The position numbers and the translations under genes are program-made. The notes under the pieces were generated by a model. The model was not told where the DNA came from. It did not search any database and worked only from the letters and a program-made list of their open reading frames with translations. 64,000 nucleotides of DNA from an uncultured Ruminococcus sp. (GTDB lineage: Bacteria; Bacillota; Clostridia; Oscillospirales; Ruminococcaceae): positions 32,852-96,851 of the forward strand of contig CANQJO010000003.1 in the NCBI GenBank assembly GCA_947624255.1. The letters run 5' to 3'. Within the stretch, counting starts at the first letter, position 1. Each line of letters opens with the position of its first letter. Positions 21,539 through 29,821 of the stretch are shown here, piece by piece.

Positions 21539-24484
21539 GTGAAAATCAAAAAATTTATCTCCGCTGTGTCAGCGGCGGCACTCACGATCACATCGGCATT
21601 TGCGGCAGCTCCCACTGTTCTGACAAACGCAGAAAATCCTATCGTGCAGACATCATTCACGCCCGATCCCGCTCCCGTTGTTTTCGGCGATGAGCTTTGG
21701 GTATTTACAGGCAGAGACCGCAATGCGGACAACGATTTCTACTATATGACCGGCTGGCAGGCGTTCTCTACCACCGATATGAAAAACTGGACAAATCACG
21801 GCTGCTTTCTTGAAGACGATGATTTTTCGTGGTGCAATGAGAACGATGCATGGGCATCACAGTGTATCGAGCGGAACGGAAAATACTACTTCTACTTCAC
21901 CACGACAAATAAAAGCGGCGGCGGACGGGCAGTCGGTGTCGCTGTGGCAGATTCTCCCGAAGGACCGTATAAAGATGTTCTCGGCAAGCCGCTTTGCGGT
22001 CCGAACTGGGATTACATTGATCCCACGGTCATTATCGACGATGACGGGCAGGCTTGGCTGATGTTCGGCAATCCCACCTGCTACTACGTTAAACTCAAAG
22101 ACGATATGATCACTCTTGACGGCGAGATAAAATCATTCGATATGACAACGCAGGCTTTCGGTGAGGGCAAGAACGGCAGTGCATACGGCGAAGGTCCGTG
22201 GATCACAAAACACGGCGATATGTACTATCTCGTTTATGCCGGATTTTACGGCTCGGACGGCGGAGAAAGCATCTGCTACTCCTATGGTCCATCTGTTACC
22301 GGTCCGTGGACGTTCGGCGGAAAGATCACACCCGAGAGCAACTGTTTTACCACTCACGGCGGAACAATAGACTATAAGGGACATTCCTATCTGTTCTATC
22401 ACAAAAACGGCTTGCCCGGCGGCGGAGCTTTCAAGAGAAGCGCAGCCGTAGAAGAATTTACGTACGATCCTGACGGCACTATCCCTATGATCGAACCAAC
22501 GGACAGCGGTCCGTCCCAGCTTGAGGCATTTGATCCCTACAAAAATGTCGAGGCTGAAACAGGAAGTTGGTTCTCCGGAGTTGAAGTCGAGCCTGCCGGC
22601 AACGGAACTCAGGCAGTCTCTATGATCAACAGCGGTGACTACATAAAGATCAGCGGAGTTGATTTCGGTGACGGCGCAGCAAAATTCACGGTAAGCGCTG
22701 CCTCAGCCACGAACGGCGGAACGATCGAACTCCACCTTGACAGCGAAAACGGTCCTATCGTAGGAACTGTCACGGTCGGCAGCACCGGCGGCTGGAAAAA
22801 CTGGGAGGAATTTTCAACATCGGTGAGCGGTGCATCAGACAAGCATGACCTTTTCATAAGATTTTCCGGCGATGACGGATACCTTATGAATGTTGACCGG
22901 TGGAAATTCGAGAAAAAAGGTTCATCATCGCTCCCCGATACAGATCCGCCCCTTTCCGGCGATGAGCTGCTCCGGGAAACCTTTGAGAGCGGTGCCGGCA
23001 GCTTTTCCGGAAGAGGAAGCGCCTCTGTTGCGGCATCAAGCTCGGAATATTACGAGGGAAGCCGTTCACTGTTTGTTTCGGGCAGAGATGCCGCATGGAA
23101 CGGTGCAATTACAGATCTGCCCGCATCATTCAAGGCAGGAGAGGCATATTCATTCAGCGTTAATGTAATGTGTCCCGCATCGGGCAAAAAGGATCTTTTC
23201 TATCTCACCATTTCATATACCGATACTGACGGCGAAACAAAATATGACAAGATCGCCCGTGGTGCGTGCATGGGCGGTAACTGGATACAGCTCTCTGATA
23301 CCTCTTATACGCTGCCTGCCGGTGCGACCGATATGCAGGTGTATGTTGAAACCGATTCGGGACACTCCGACTTCTATATTGATGATTTTGTGATCGCCTC
23401 CGAGGGTACGGAGATCGGCGGCGCAGGCTGTGCATATATGCTCACTCCCGGCGATGTTTCATGCAACGGATACATCAACGCACTTGACCTTGTTCATGCC
23501 AGAAAAGGCTTGATCAGCGATTCCTACCACTCAGACACCGCAAGGACAAATGCCGATGCCGACCGGAGCGGAACGGTCGAGGTGAACGATGTCGTTCTTA
23601 TTTCGGAATTTATAATGGGCAGGATCAAGGAATTCCCCGATAATTCGCCTGAACCGCCTGTTCCGGAATATGAGTACGATCCGGCGGCTTCATACAAGGA
23701 AGCACCCTCGAACTATTTCTCAATGAGTGACTTCAAGGGACAGCTAATCAACGAAACGTATACGGGCATCAACGGCACGAAAAAGCTAAATGTCTACCTG
23801 CCGCCCGATTACGATGAAAACAAGCAGTACAACGTCTTCTATCTTATGCACGGCGGCGGAGAAAATGAAAACGTTCTTGTAAACGATTCCGATAAATTCT
23901 ATGTTCACTGTATGATAGACCATATGATACAGAACGGAGAGATCGAGCCGATGATCGTTGTATTCCCCACATTCAACGGCTGTCCGGACGGCGCAGGCGA
24001 TGTATGGGACGAAATGAAACAAAGCATCGTTCCGTTCGTGGAGGGAAAATATTCGACCTATGCCGAGAATACAACTCCCGCCGGACTGGAGGCATCAAGA
24101 ATGCACCGTGCCTACGGCGGATTCTCAATGGGCGGCGGCTCAACGTGGAACGTACTCATCAATGATAATGATTACTTTGCATATTATATGCCGCTTTCAG
24201 GTCATTGCTGGGGCGGAGCTGCTCCCATACTCAACATTATGAATAATCATAAATACAAGGACAGCACTTACATTTTCGCAGCAACAGGTACGGAGGATAT
24301 TGCATATGGCAATATGTGCGATCTCATCAATGAGCTGAAAAAAGATCCGGCTATTAAATTTACATCGGATTTTTCAAAGGGTAATTTCTACTTCCTCGAA
24401 GCAGCCGGCAAAACACATTGGTGGGGCTTTGTGAAGCATTATGTGTATGTTGCACTGCCGTACTTCTTCCATGAAGAGGGATAA
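21539..24484 (+). CDS. Multimodular cellulosomal enzyme GH43-CBM6-CBM22-dockerin-CE1
   Basis: NPIVQTSFTPDPAP, WASQC, IDPTV, EGPW (GH43); VEAE..DFGDGA..TGGW (CBM6); TFESG..SLFVSGR (CBM22); GDVSCNGYINALDL/ADADRSGTVEVND (dockerin); VYLPPDY, LMHGGG, GFSMGG (CE1). Confidence 0.92.
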   Translation: MKIKKFISAVSAAALTITSAFAAAPTVLTNAENPIVQTSFTPDPAPVVFGDELWVFTGRDRNADNDFYYMTGWQAFSTTDMKNWTNHGCFLEDDDFSWCNENDAWASQCIERNGKYYFYFTTTNKSGGGRAVGVAVADSPEGPYKDVLGKPLCGPNWDYIDPTVIIDDDGQAWLMFGNPTCYYVKLKDDMITLDGEIKSFDMTTQAFGEGKNGSAYGEGPWITKHGDMYYLVYAGFYGSDGGESICYSYGPSVTGPWTFGGKITPESNCFTTHGGTIDYKGHSYLFYHKNGLPGGGAFKRSAAVEEFTYDPDGTIPMIEPTDSGPSQLEAFDPYKNVEAETGSWFSGVEVEPAGNGTQAVSMINSGDYIKISGVDFGDGAAKFTVSAASATNGGTIELHLDSENGPIVGTVTVGSTGGWKNWEEFSTSVSGASDKHDLFIRFSGDDGYLMNVDRWKFEKKGSSSLPDTDPPLSGDELLRETFESGAGSFSGRGSASVAASSSEYYEGSRSLFVSGRDAAWNGAITDLPASFKAGEAYSFSVNVMCPASGKKDLFYLTISYTDTDGETKYDKIARGACMGGNWIQLSDTSYTLPAGATDMQVYVETDSGHSDFYIDDFVIASEGTEIGGAGCAYMLTPGDVSCNGYINALDLVHARKGLISDSYHSDTARTNADADRSGTVEVNDVVLISEFIMGRIKEFPDNSPEPPVPEYEYDPAASYKEAPSNYFSMSDFKGQLINETYTGINGTKKLNVYLPPDYDENKQYNVFYLMHGGGENENVLVNDSDKFYVHCMIDHMIQNGEIEPMIVVFPTFNGCPDGAGDVWDEMKQSIVPFVEGKYSTYAENTTPAGLEASRMHRAYGGFSMGGGSTWNVLINDNDYFAYYMPLSGHCWGGAAPILNIMNNHKYKDSTYIFAATGTEDIAYGNMCDLINELKKDPAIKFTSDFSKGNFYFLEAAGKTHWWGFVKHYVYVALPYFFHEEG

Positions 24485-24500
24485 AACTTAGCAAAATTAC

Positions 24501-24551
24501 GGGCATCTCTGAGATTTGTTTATCCCGAAAGGGACGATCTCGGAGATGCCC
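24501..24551 (+). terminator. Long stem-loop after GH43 gene
   Basis: gggcatctctgagat/atctcggagatgccc arms with an inner tccc-gaaa-ggga hairpin. Confidence 0.7.
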
Positions 24552-24592
24552 TGTATCCGATATGTAAAAAAATTAAAAATATCTGAGAGGTC

Positions 24593-24621
24593 TTGACAAA
24601 TTCTCTTTTTTGCGGTACAAT
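24593..24621 (+). promoter_or_regulatory. Sigma-A promoter of tRNA-Leu
   Basis: TTGACA-17-TACAAT. Confidence 0.75.
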
Positions 24622-24648
24622 AAAAATGTTATTTGTGAACAAAATATT

Positions 24649-24686
24649 TTATAGTGAACGTCAAAAAAATTTGTCGTTTATTATAA
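24649..24686. repeat. Palindrome (copy 2) in the tRNA leader
   Basis: ttatagtgaacgtcaaa-aaaa-tttgtcgtttattataa; left part identical to 11169-11187. Confidence 0.8.
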
Positions 24687-24742
24687 TGTTTATGCTTGCT
24701 GATAATTGCCGCTGTGGTGGAATAGGCAGACACAAGGGACTT

Positions 24743-25145
24743 TGATGTTTGCACGCACAGCTTATACCGATTTCTTTCCGAAAGCCGTGCAGGATCTGCG
24801 AACAGACTGTGCCTGTTACAGGGAAAAGTGACGAAGCCGTACCGGGACGTATGTCAAGTCACTTTGATGAAGTAAAAGGTGCAGTATCTTCGTTACGTCG
24901 GATTTTAGAATGAAATCAGATCGGTACGTGCGTCTGCGGCAGATCCGCAGAGAGTGCCCGCAGAGAAATTTGCGGTGCAGAAGTCAGCTAAAACGGTGAA
25001 TGCGCAAACAGAACGCCGTGCTAACCCCATAAGGGTGAGTGTAGAGACTTTACACTGACTGCCTTAGTCCGAAAGGATATGGTAAAGACAAAGTCCGGAC
25101 TACAACATACGATCCCGTATGGCTATGGTGACATAGAGTAGTATG
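24743..25145 (+). ncRNA. Group I self-splicing intron (403 nt) between U34 and A35
   Basis: 5' exon ends in U, intron ends in G. P3 agtcag 24982-87/ctgact 25055-60; P4 acggtg/cgccgt; P6a accc/gggt; P7 gacttt 25046-51/aaagtc 25090-95 with R (GUAGAGACU) and S (AAGACAAAGUCC) elements; P8 with GAAA tetraloop; P9 hairpins. Confidence 0.92.
24763..24926 (+). repeat. Dispersed structured repeat, long form (copy B), inside the intron
   Basis: Bounded by taccgat...atcggta; core homologous to 9561-9706. Confidence 0.85.
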
Positions 25146-25221
25146 AAAATCCCTCGCCGGCGACGGCGTACCGGTTCAAGTCCGGTCAGCGGCACCATTA
25201 CATTGAAAGGAGTTTTTCACC

Positions 25222-25419
25222 ATGGATATCAAGGACAAACTGAGCGATATAACCGACAAGGTAAAAAATGATAAGGATTTCACAAAAAACCTCAAGGAAG
25301 ATCCGGTCAAAGCTGTTGAAAACGTAACCGGTATAGATCTTCCCGATGACAAGATCGACAAGGTAGTTGATACTGCTAAGGACAAGCTCGGCGATATTGC
25401 TGATAAGTTCAAAAAATAA
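25222..25419 (+). CDS. Small hypothetical protein (65 aa)
   Basis: RBS aaggag, amphipathic charged sequence, followed by a terminator. Confidence 0.75.
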   Translation: MDIKDKLSDITDKVKNDKDFTKNLKEDPVKAVENVTGIDLPDDKIDKVVDTAKDKLGDIADKFKK

Positions 25420-25424
25420 GTTCA

Positions 25425-25448
25425 AGGGGCAGAAAATTCTCTGCCCCT
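25425..25448. terminator. Bidirectional terminator
   Basis: aggggcaga/tctgcccct between convergent genes. Confidence 0.75.
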
Positions 25449-25463
25449 ATATTATTGCGCTTT

Positions 25464-26243
25464 TCAGCACTTTTTCATAATGTAACGGATCATCTCCCTG
25501 AGTTTGCCGAAAAGTGAGCCGAAGCCTCCTCCGGAAGCGCAGTCTGAAGGCGTTGTCGAAGCAGCAGTGGTCGTTTTTGCGGTAGTCTTCGGAACAGTTG
25601 TACTTATCCTTGTCGTGGTTTTCTGAGCGGTTGTCGTTCTCACAGTAGTAGCAGCAGTAGTAGTAGTAGCAGGTTCGGTATTTCTCAGAGTTGTGGTCAC
25701 AGTGTCCGGACCATCGGTGATGACTTCTCCCGAAAGTCCGTCAGCAGATGCAAAAAACTGAGTCCAGTAATATACACCATTGCGGTATGTAACTCCAACG
25801 CCGATATACTCTGCGTTTCTGCTGAGAATATTGGCTCTGTGACCGGATGAATTCATCCAGCCGTCCATGACTGTCTCGGGAGTGCGCTGACCATAGGCAA
25901 TATTCTCACCTGCATAACGATAGCGTATACCCATATCGGTTATCGCTGTAAAACAGCTTCTTCCATCGGGACGGGTGTGGGAGAAATACCTCTGTATCTC
26001 ATCTGCACGTTTGAGAGCTGCCTCATTGAGCTTATCCGAAAATTTCAGCATGGGAAGTCCGTCAGCGGCACGCTCACGGTTTACAAGCGCAGCCACCCTG
26101 CGTGCATACTCCTCGGTCTGAGAGTTTGCATACTGTGCGGCAGCATCTGCACCGATACTGTTCACGGAAGCTCTCTCAGGCACTGTCAGCATCACGGAAA
26201 ATGCCATGAAGCAGACCATTAAAAGCGAAATAATTTTTTTCAT
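25464..26243 (-). CDS. Secreted CAP (SCP) domain protein with Thr-rich tail
   Basis: LVNRERAADGL, FSHTRPDG, AGENIA, WMNSSGHRANIL, IGVGV. Confidence 0.92.
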   Translation of the reverse strand: MKKIISLLMVCFMAFSVMLTVPERASVNSIGADAAAQYANSQTEEYARRVAALVNRERAADGLPMLKFSDKLNEAALKRADEIQRYFSHTRPDGRSCFTAITDMGIRYRYAGENIAYGQRTPETVMDGWMNSSGHRANILSRNAEYIGVGVTYRNGVYYWTQFFASADGLSGEVITDGPDTVTTTLRNTEPATTTTAATTVRTTTAQKTTTRISTTVPKTTAKTTTAASTTPSDCASGGGFGSLFGKLREMIRYIMKKC

Positions 26244-26359
26244 GAAATAACCTCCTTTGAAGAGTGAGCTCATCTCTCCGCTTTTAATAATAACATTATC
26301 CGTCACACAAAGTCAATGCAAAAATATTACCAACACCGGGATCGGCGTCAGTCTGCCGC

Positions 26360-26388
26360 TTGACAATTTTTTCTTTTTGTTGTACAAT
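26360..26388 (+). promoter_or_regulatory. Sigma-A promoter of glyQS
   Basis: TTGACA-17-TACAAT. Confidence 0.7.
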
Positions 26389-26497
26389 AAGTATCGTAGA
26401 TCTCTTCGGAAAATAACGCACACCGTACATCAAATTTTTTGCAATATGACAATATCCTCAGAGGAGACCTATTGATTATATGAAACGAGGTTGTTTT

Positions 26498-27904
26498 ATG
26501 CTTAAAAATAATGAAAAATCTATGGACAAGATAGTCGAGCTTTGTAAATCAAAGGGCTATGTTTATCCCGGCTCTGAAATATACGGAGGACTTGCTAATA
26601 CATGGGATTACGGTCCGCTGGGCGTTGAACTCAAAAATAATATCAAAAAGGCTTGGCTGAAAAAATTCGTACAGGAGAATAAATATAACGTCGGACTTGA
26701 CAGCGCTATCCTTATGAATCCTCAGACATGGATCGCCTCCGGTCACATCGGCGGATTCTCAGATCCTCTCATGGACTGCAAGGAGTGCAAAACACGCCAC
26801 AGAGCTGATAACCTCATCGAGGATTTTGACGGAACAAATGTCGCCGGCTGGAGCAATCAGCAGATGACCGATTACATAAATGAGCACAAGATCCCCTGCC
26901 CCAACTGCGGAAATCACAACTTCACCGATATACGCCAGTTCAACCTGATGTTCAAGACCTTTCAGGGCGTTACCGAGGACAGCAAATCTGAGCTTTATCT
27001 CCGTCCTGAGACAGCACAGGGTATTTTCGTAAACTTTGCCAACATTCAGAGGACTACAAGAAAAAAAGTCCCGTTTGGCGTTGCTCAGGTAGGCAAGTCG
27101 TTCAGAAACGAGATCACTCCCGGAAATTTCATTTTCCGTGTCAGAGAGTTTGAGCAGATGGAGCTTGAATTCTTCTGCAAGCCCGGCACTGACCTTGAGT
27201 GGTTCTCCTACTGGAGAAGCTACTGCCATGATTTTCTGCTCTCTCTCGGTCTGAAGGACGAGAATCTCCGCCTGCGTGATCACTCTCCCGAAGAGCTTTG
27301 TTTCTATTCAAAGGCAACTACCGACTTTGAGTATCTGTTCCCGTTCGGCTGGGGCGAGCTGTGGGGCGTTGCCGACAGAACTGATTACGACCTCACTCAG
27401 CATATAAAGACAAGCGGAAAGTCTCTTGAATACTTCGATCCCGAAACAAATGAGAAGTATATCCCCTACGTTATCGAACCGTCACTCGGCGTTGAGAGAC
27501 TATTCCTTTCGATAGTGACAGAGGCTTATGACGAGGAGGAGCTCACCTCTGTTGACAAAAACGGCAATGAGAAAAAAGAAACTCGTACAGTTATGAGACT
27601 TCACCCGGCTCTTGCTCCGTTCAAGTGTGCCGTACTTCCTCTCGTGAAGAAGCTCACTCCAAAGGCAGAGGAGATCTATGAAATGCTCTCAAAGAGGTTC
27701 ATGTGCGATTTTGACGAGAGCGGTACTATCGGTAAAAGATACCGCCGTGAGGACGAGATCGGTACACCTTTCTGCATTACCGTGGATTTCGATACGATCG
27801 AAAAGGACAACTGCGTTACTGTCCGTGACCGTGACACCATGCAGCAGGAGCGTATTCCCGTTGATGAACTGGTGAATTTCCTTGAAAAGAAGACCGAATT
27901 TTGA
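26498..27904 (+). CDS. glyQS: Glycine--tRNA ligase (alpha2 type)
   Basis: [75 protein letters not shown]. Confidence 0.97.
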   Translation: MLKNNEKSMDKIVELCKSKGYVYPGSEIYGGLANTWDYGPLGVELKNNIKKAWLKKFVQENKYNVGLDSAILMNPQTWIASGHIGGFSDPLMDCKECKTRHRADNLIEDFDGTNVAGWSNQQMTDYINEHKIPCPNCGNHNFTDIRQFNLMFKTFQGVTEDSKSELYLRPETAQGIFVNFANIQRTTRKKVPFGVAQVGKSFRNEITPGNFIFRVREFEQMELEFFCKPGTDLEWFSYWRSYCHDFLLSLGLKDENLRLRDHSPEELCFYSKATTDFEYLFPFGWGELWGVADRTDYDLTQHIKTSGKSLEYFDPETNEKYIPYVIEPSLGVERLFLSIVTEAYDEEELTSVDKNGNEKKETRTVMRLHPALAPFKCAVLPLVKKLTPKAEEIYEMLSKRFMCDFDESGTIGKRYRREDEIGTPFCITVDFDTIEKDNCVTVRDRDTMQQERIPVDELVNFLEKKTEF

Positions 27905-27917
27905 ATAAAAAATTACC

Positions 27918-27943
27918 GCACAGGGTTTTTCAACTCCCTGTGC
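27918..27943. terminator. Bidirectional terminator
   Basis: gcacaggg/ccctgtgc between convergent genes. Confidence 0.7.
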
Positions 27944-27973
27944 AGTTTTGATTTGGAGAAAGATATTCGCCCG

Positions 27974-28885
27974 CTAACCTACTATGCCGGAGCGTTCAAT
28001 GCCCTCGGTGAAATATTTTTGCAGGAAAATATACATCACAAGCAGCGGAGCTATCGAAACAAGACAGCCTGCCTGCTTCCAGACGATCTGCTCACGGGGA
28101 GAGATCTGTATCGTTGCATCACCAAACAGACGGAGTTTCAGCTCACTGTCAAGATTATAGAGCATGGTCGCCACAGTCCTTGTGTTCTGAAAAAACATGG
28201 TACTCACATAGTAATCGTTCCAGTACCATACCACGGAGAAAAGAAATACCGTCAGAAATGATGCCATAGCATTTGGTATCATCACTCTCAGAAAGGTCAT
28301 CAGAGGCCCGCAGCCGTCAATGTAGGCGGCATCTTCAAGCTCCTTCGGAAGTCCCCGGAAAAATTGCCGGAAAATAAGTATCATTAGTCCGGAGCGTATG
28401 CCGTTCGCCGTCATCGCCGGAAGATACATAGTCAGCATATTGTCAATGAGATTGACCGTAAAAAGTCCCTTTATCCCGAAAAATCTGAACCGGAAAAACA
28501 GCGGCAGCGAGATCACCTGCGTGGGAACGAGTATCATCAGTATGACAATGCCGAACAGGAGCTTTTTTCCGTGAAAGCTGAACCGTGCAAATCCGTATCC
28601 CGTGACGGCGCATGATATCACCTGAAAGCAGGCACAGCCTAAATTAAGGAGTGCTGTGGTGCGGAGGGTGTTCCAAAGATCCATAGCCTGTATGGTCTCT
28701 CTGAGAACGCTGAGCGTATAATTCCGTGGTATCCACATGACCGTAGGATCATTCATATCACTTCGCTCACGAAAGGTGCAGCTTATCATGTATATCAGCG
28801 GATAGAGTATTACAAAGCTCAGTCCGAAAAGTATTACAAAACGAAATATCCTCCACAGTATATCAGCACTTTTTCTACGTGACAC
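27974..28885 (-). CDS. Carbohydrate ABC transporter permease
   Basis: EAA motif FRQFFRGLPKELEDAAYIDGCG, VWYWND. Confidence 0.93.
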   Translation of the reverse strand: MSRRKSADILWRIFRFVILFGLSFVILYPLIYMISCTFRERSDMNDPTVMWIPRNYTLSVLRETIQAMDLWNTLRTTALLNLGCACFQVISCAVTGYGFARFSFHGKKLLFGIVILMILVPTQVISLPLFFRFRFFGIKGLFTVNLIDNMLTMYLPAMTANGIRSGLMILIFRQFFRGLPKELEDAAYIDGCGPLMTFLRVMIPNAMASFLTVFLFSVVWYWNDYYVSTMFFQNTRTVATMLYNLDSELKLRLFGDATIQISPREQIVWKQAGCLVSIAPLLVMYIFLQKYFTEGIERSGIVG

Positions 28886-28900
28886 GTTCTGTCACCTCCG

Positions 28901-29821
28901 TCAATCATTTTCATAGAATATGATCCTTTTCACAGCGAATACAACGATACCCAGCGCAGCAAGGACTACTCCGAAGTATATCCACGCCATTGCCGAGGCA
29001 AGTCCGTAATTCACGTCCCTGCTTTGAAGTGTCAGTATACGGCGCATTGCGGTATTTGTCGGACTTGTGAATGAATCTATCACCGTAAATATAAGATTTG
29101 CAAGGACGAACGGGCTGACATACGGCAGTGTTATCTTCCAGAAAAAATCCCACCCCGATGCTCCCTCTATCATCGCAGCCTCTTTTGCGGCAAGGGGGAT
29201 ATTCTGCAAAGCCGCAAGAAACAGCAGTATCGGAATACCGCTGCTCCAGACGATGCTGAAAACATTATCAGCCACAGCCGAGATATAGGCAGTCATTTCT
29301 TCGCTGATGCCGTAAATTCCCAGAAACTGCATAAGCTCTCCCACAAGATCGGTGGAAAACATGGTAGAAAACTGCGAAGCTTCGGAGTTTCCGCTTGTCT
29401 GTAGGTCGCCGCTTATTATGCCGAATACAGGTCCTGTGGCGATTATCACCGGAAGAAAAAATATCGCTCTTGCAAGTGTCCGTCCGTGAAACTTATCATT
29501 CAGCAGAACGGCTATAAACAACGAGAATATGAGTATCAGCGGAGTTTTCCACGCTGTCTCAATGAGCATATCCCGGAGATCACGTGTAAACTCCGGATCT
29601 TTGAAAAGAGCATCAGAGTAATTCTGCAAGCCCTGCCATTTCATGGCAAGTCCGCCCGGTTGAATAATTACTTTGTTAAAGGAGTACCACAGTGATCTTC
29701 CGAGCGGTATCAGGAAAAAGACGATCGTTCCCACAAGCCACAGCCCGATAAATCCGTAGCCGTAAAGTTCCTTTCGCCTGCTGTAGGAGAGTCTGATGCG
29801 CTGTTTGTTTTTTTCATTCAT
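28901..29821 (-). CDS. Carbohydrate ABC transporter permease
   Basis: LAALQNIP..AKEAAMIEGASGWDFFWKITLP, YGLASAMAW. Confidence 0.93.
   Translation of the reverse strand: MNEKNKQRIRLSYSRRKELYGYGFIGLWLVGTIVFFLIPLGRSLWYSFNKVIIQPGGLAMKWQGLQNYSDALFKDPEFTRDLRDMLIETAWKTPLILIFSLFIAVLLNDKFHGRTLARAIFFLPVIIATGPVFGIISGDLQTSGNSEASQFSTMFSTDLVGELMQFLGIYGISEEMTAYISAVADNVFSIVWSSGIPILLFLAALQNIPLAAKEAAMIEGASGWDFFWKITLPYVSPFVLANLIFTVIDSFTSPTNTAMRRILTLQSRDVNYGLASAMAWIYFGVVLAALGIVVFAVKRIIFYEND

Larger units (their letters stand above)
24708..25197 (+). tRNA. tRNA-Leu(UAA) split by an intron: exon 1 24708-24742, exon 2 25146-25197
   Basis: Joined exons give acceptor GCCGCUG/CAGCGGC-A-CCA, anticodon stem AGGGA/UCCCU with loop CUUAAAA, long variable arm CGCCG-GCGA-CGGCG, T-loop UUCAAGU. 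Confidence 0.95.

Noticed and set aside
25146-25222. tRNA 3' end as an integration site for an island
   Set aside because: No integrase and no duplicated tRNA 3' end seen elsewhere in the window.
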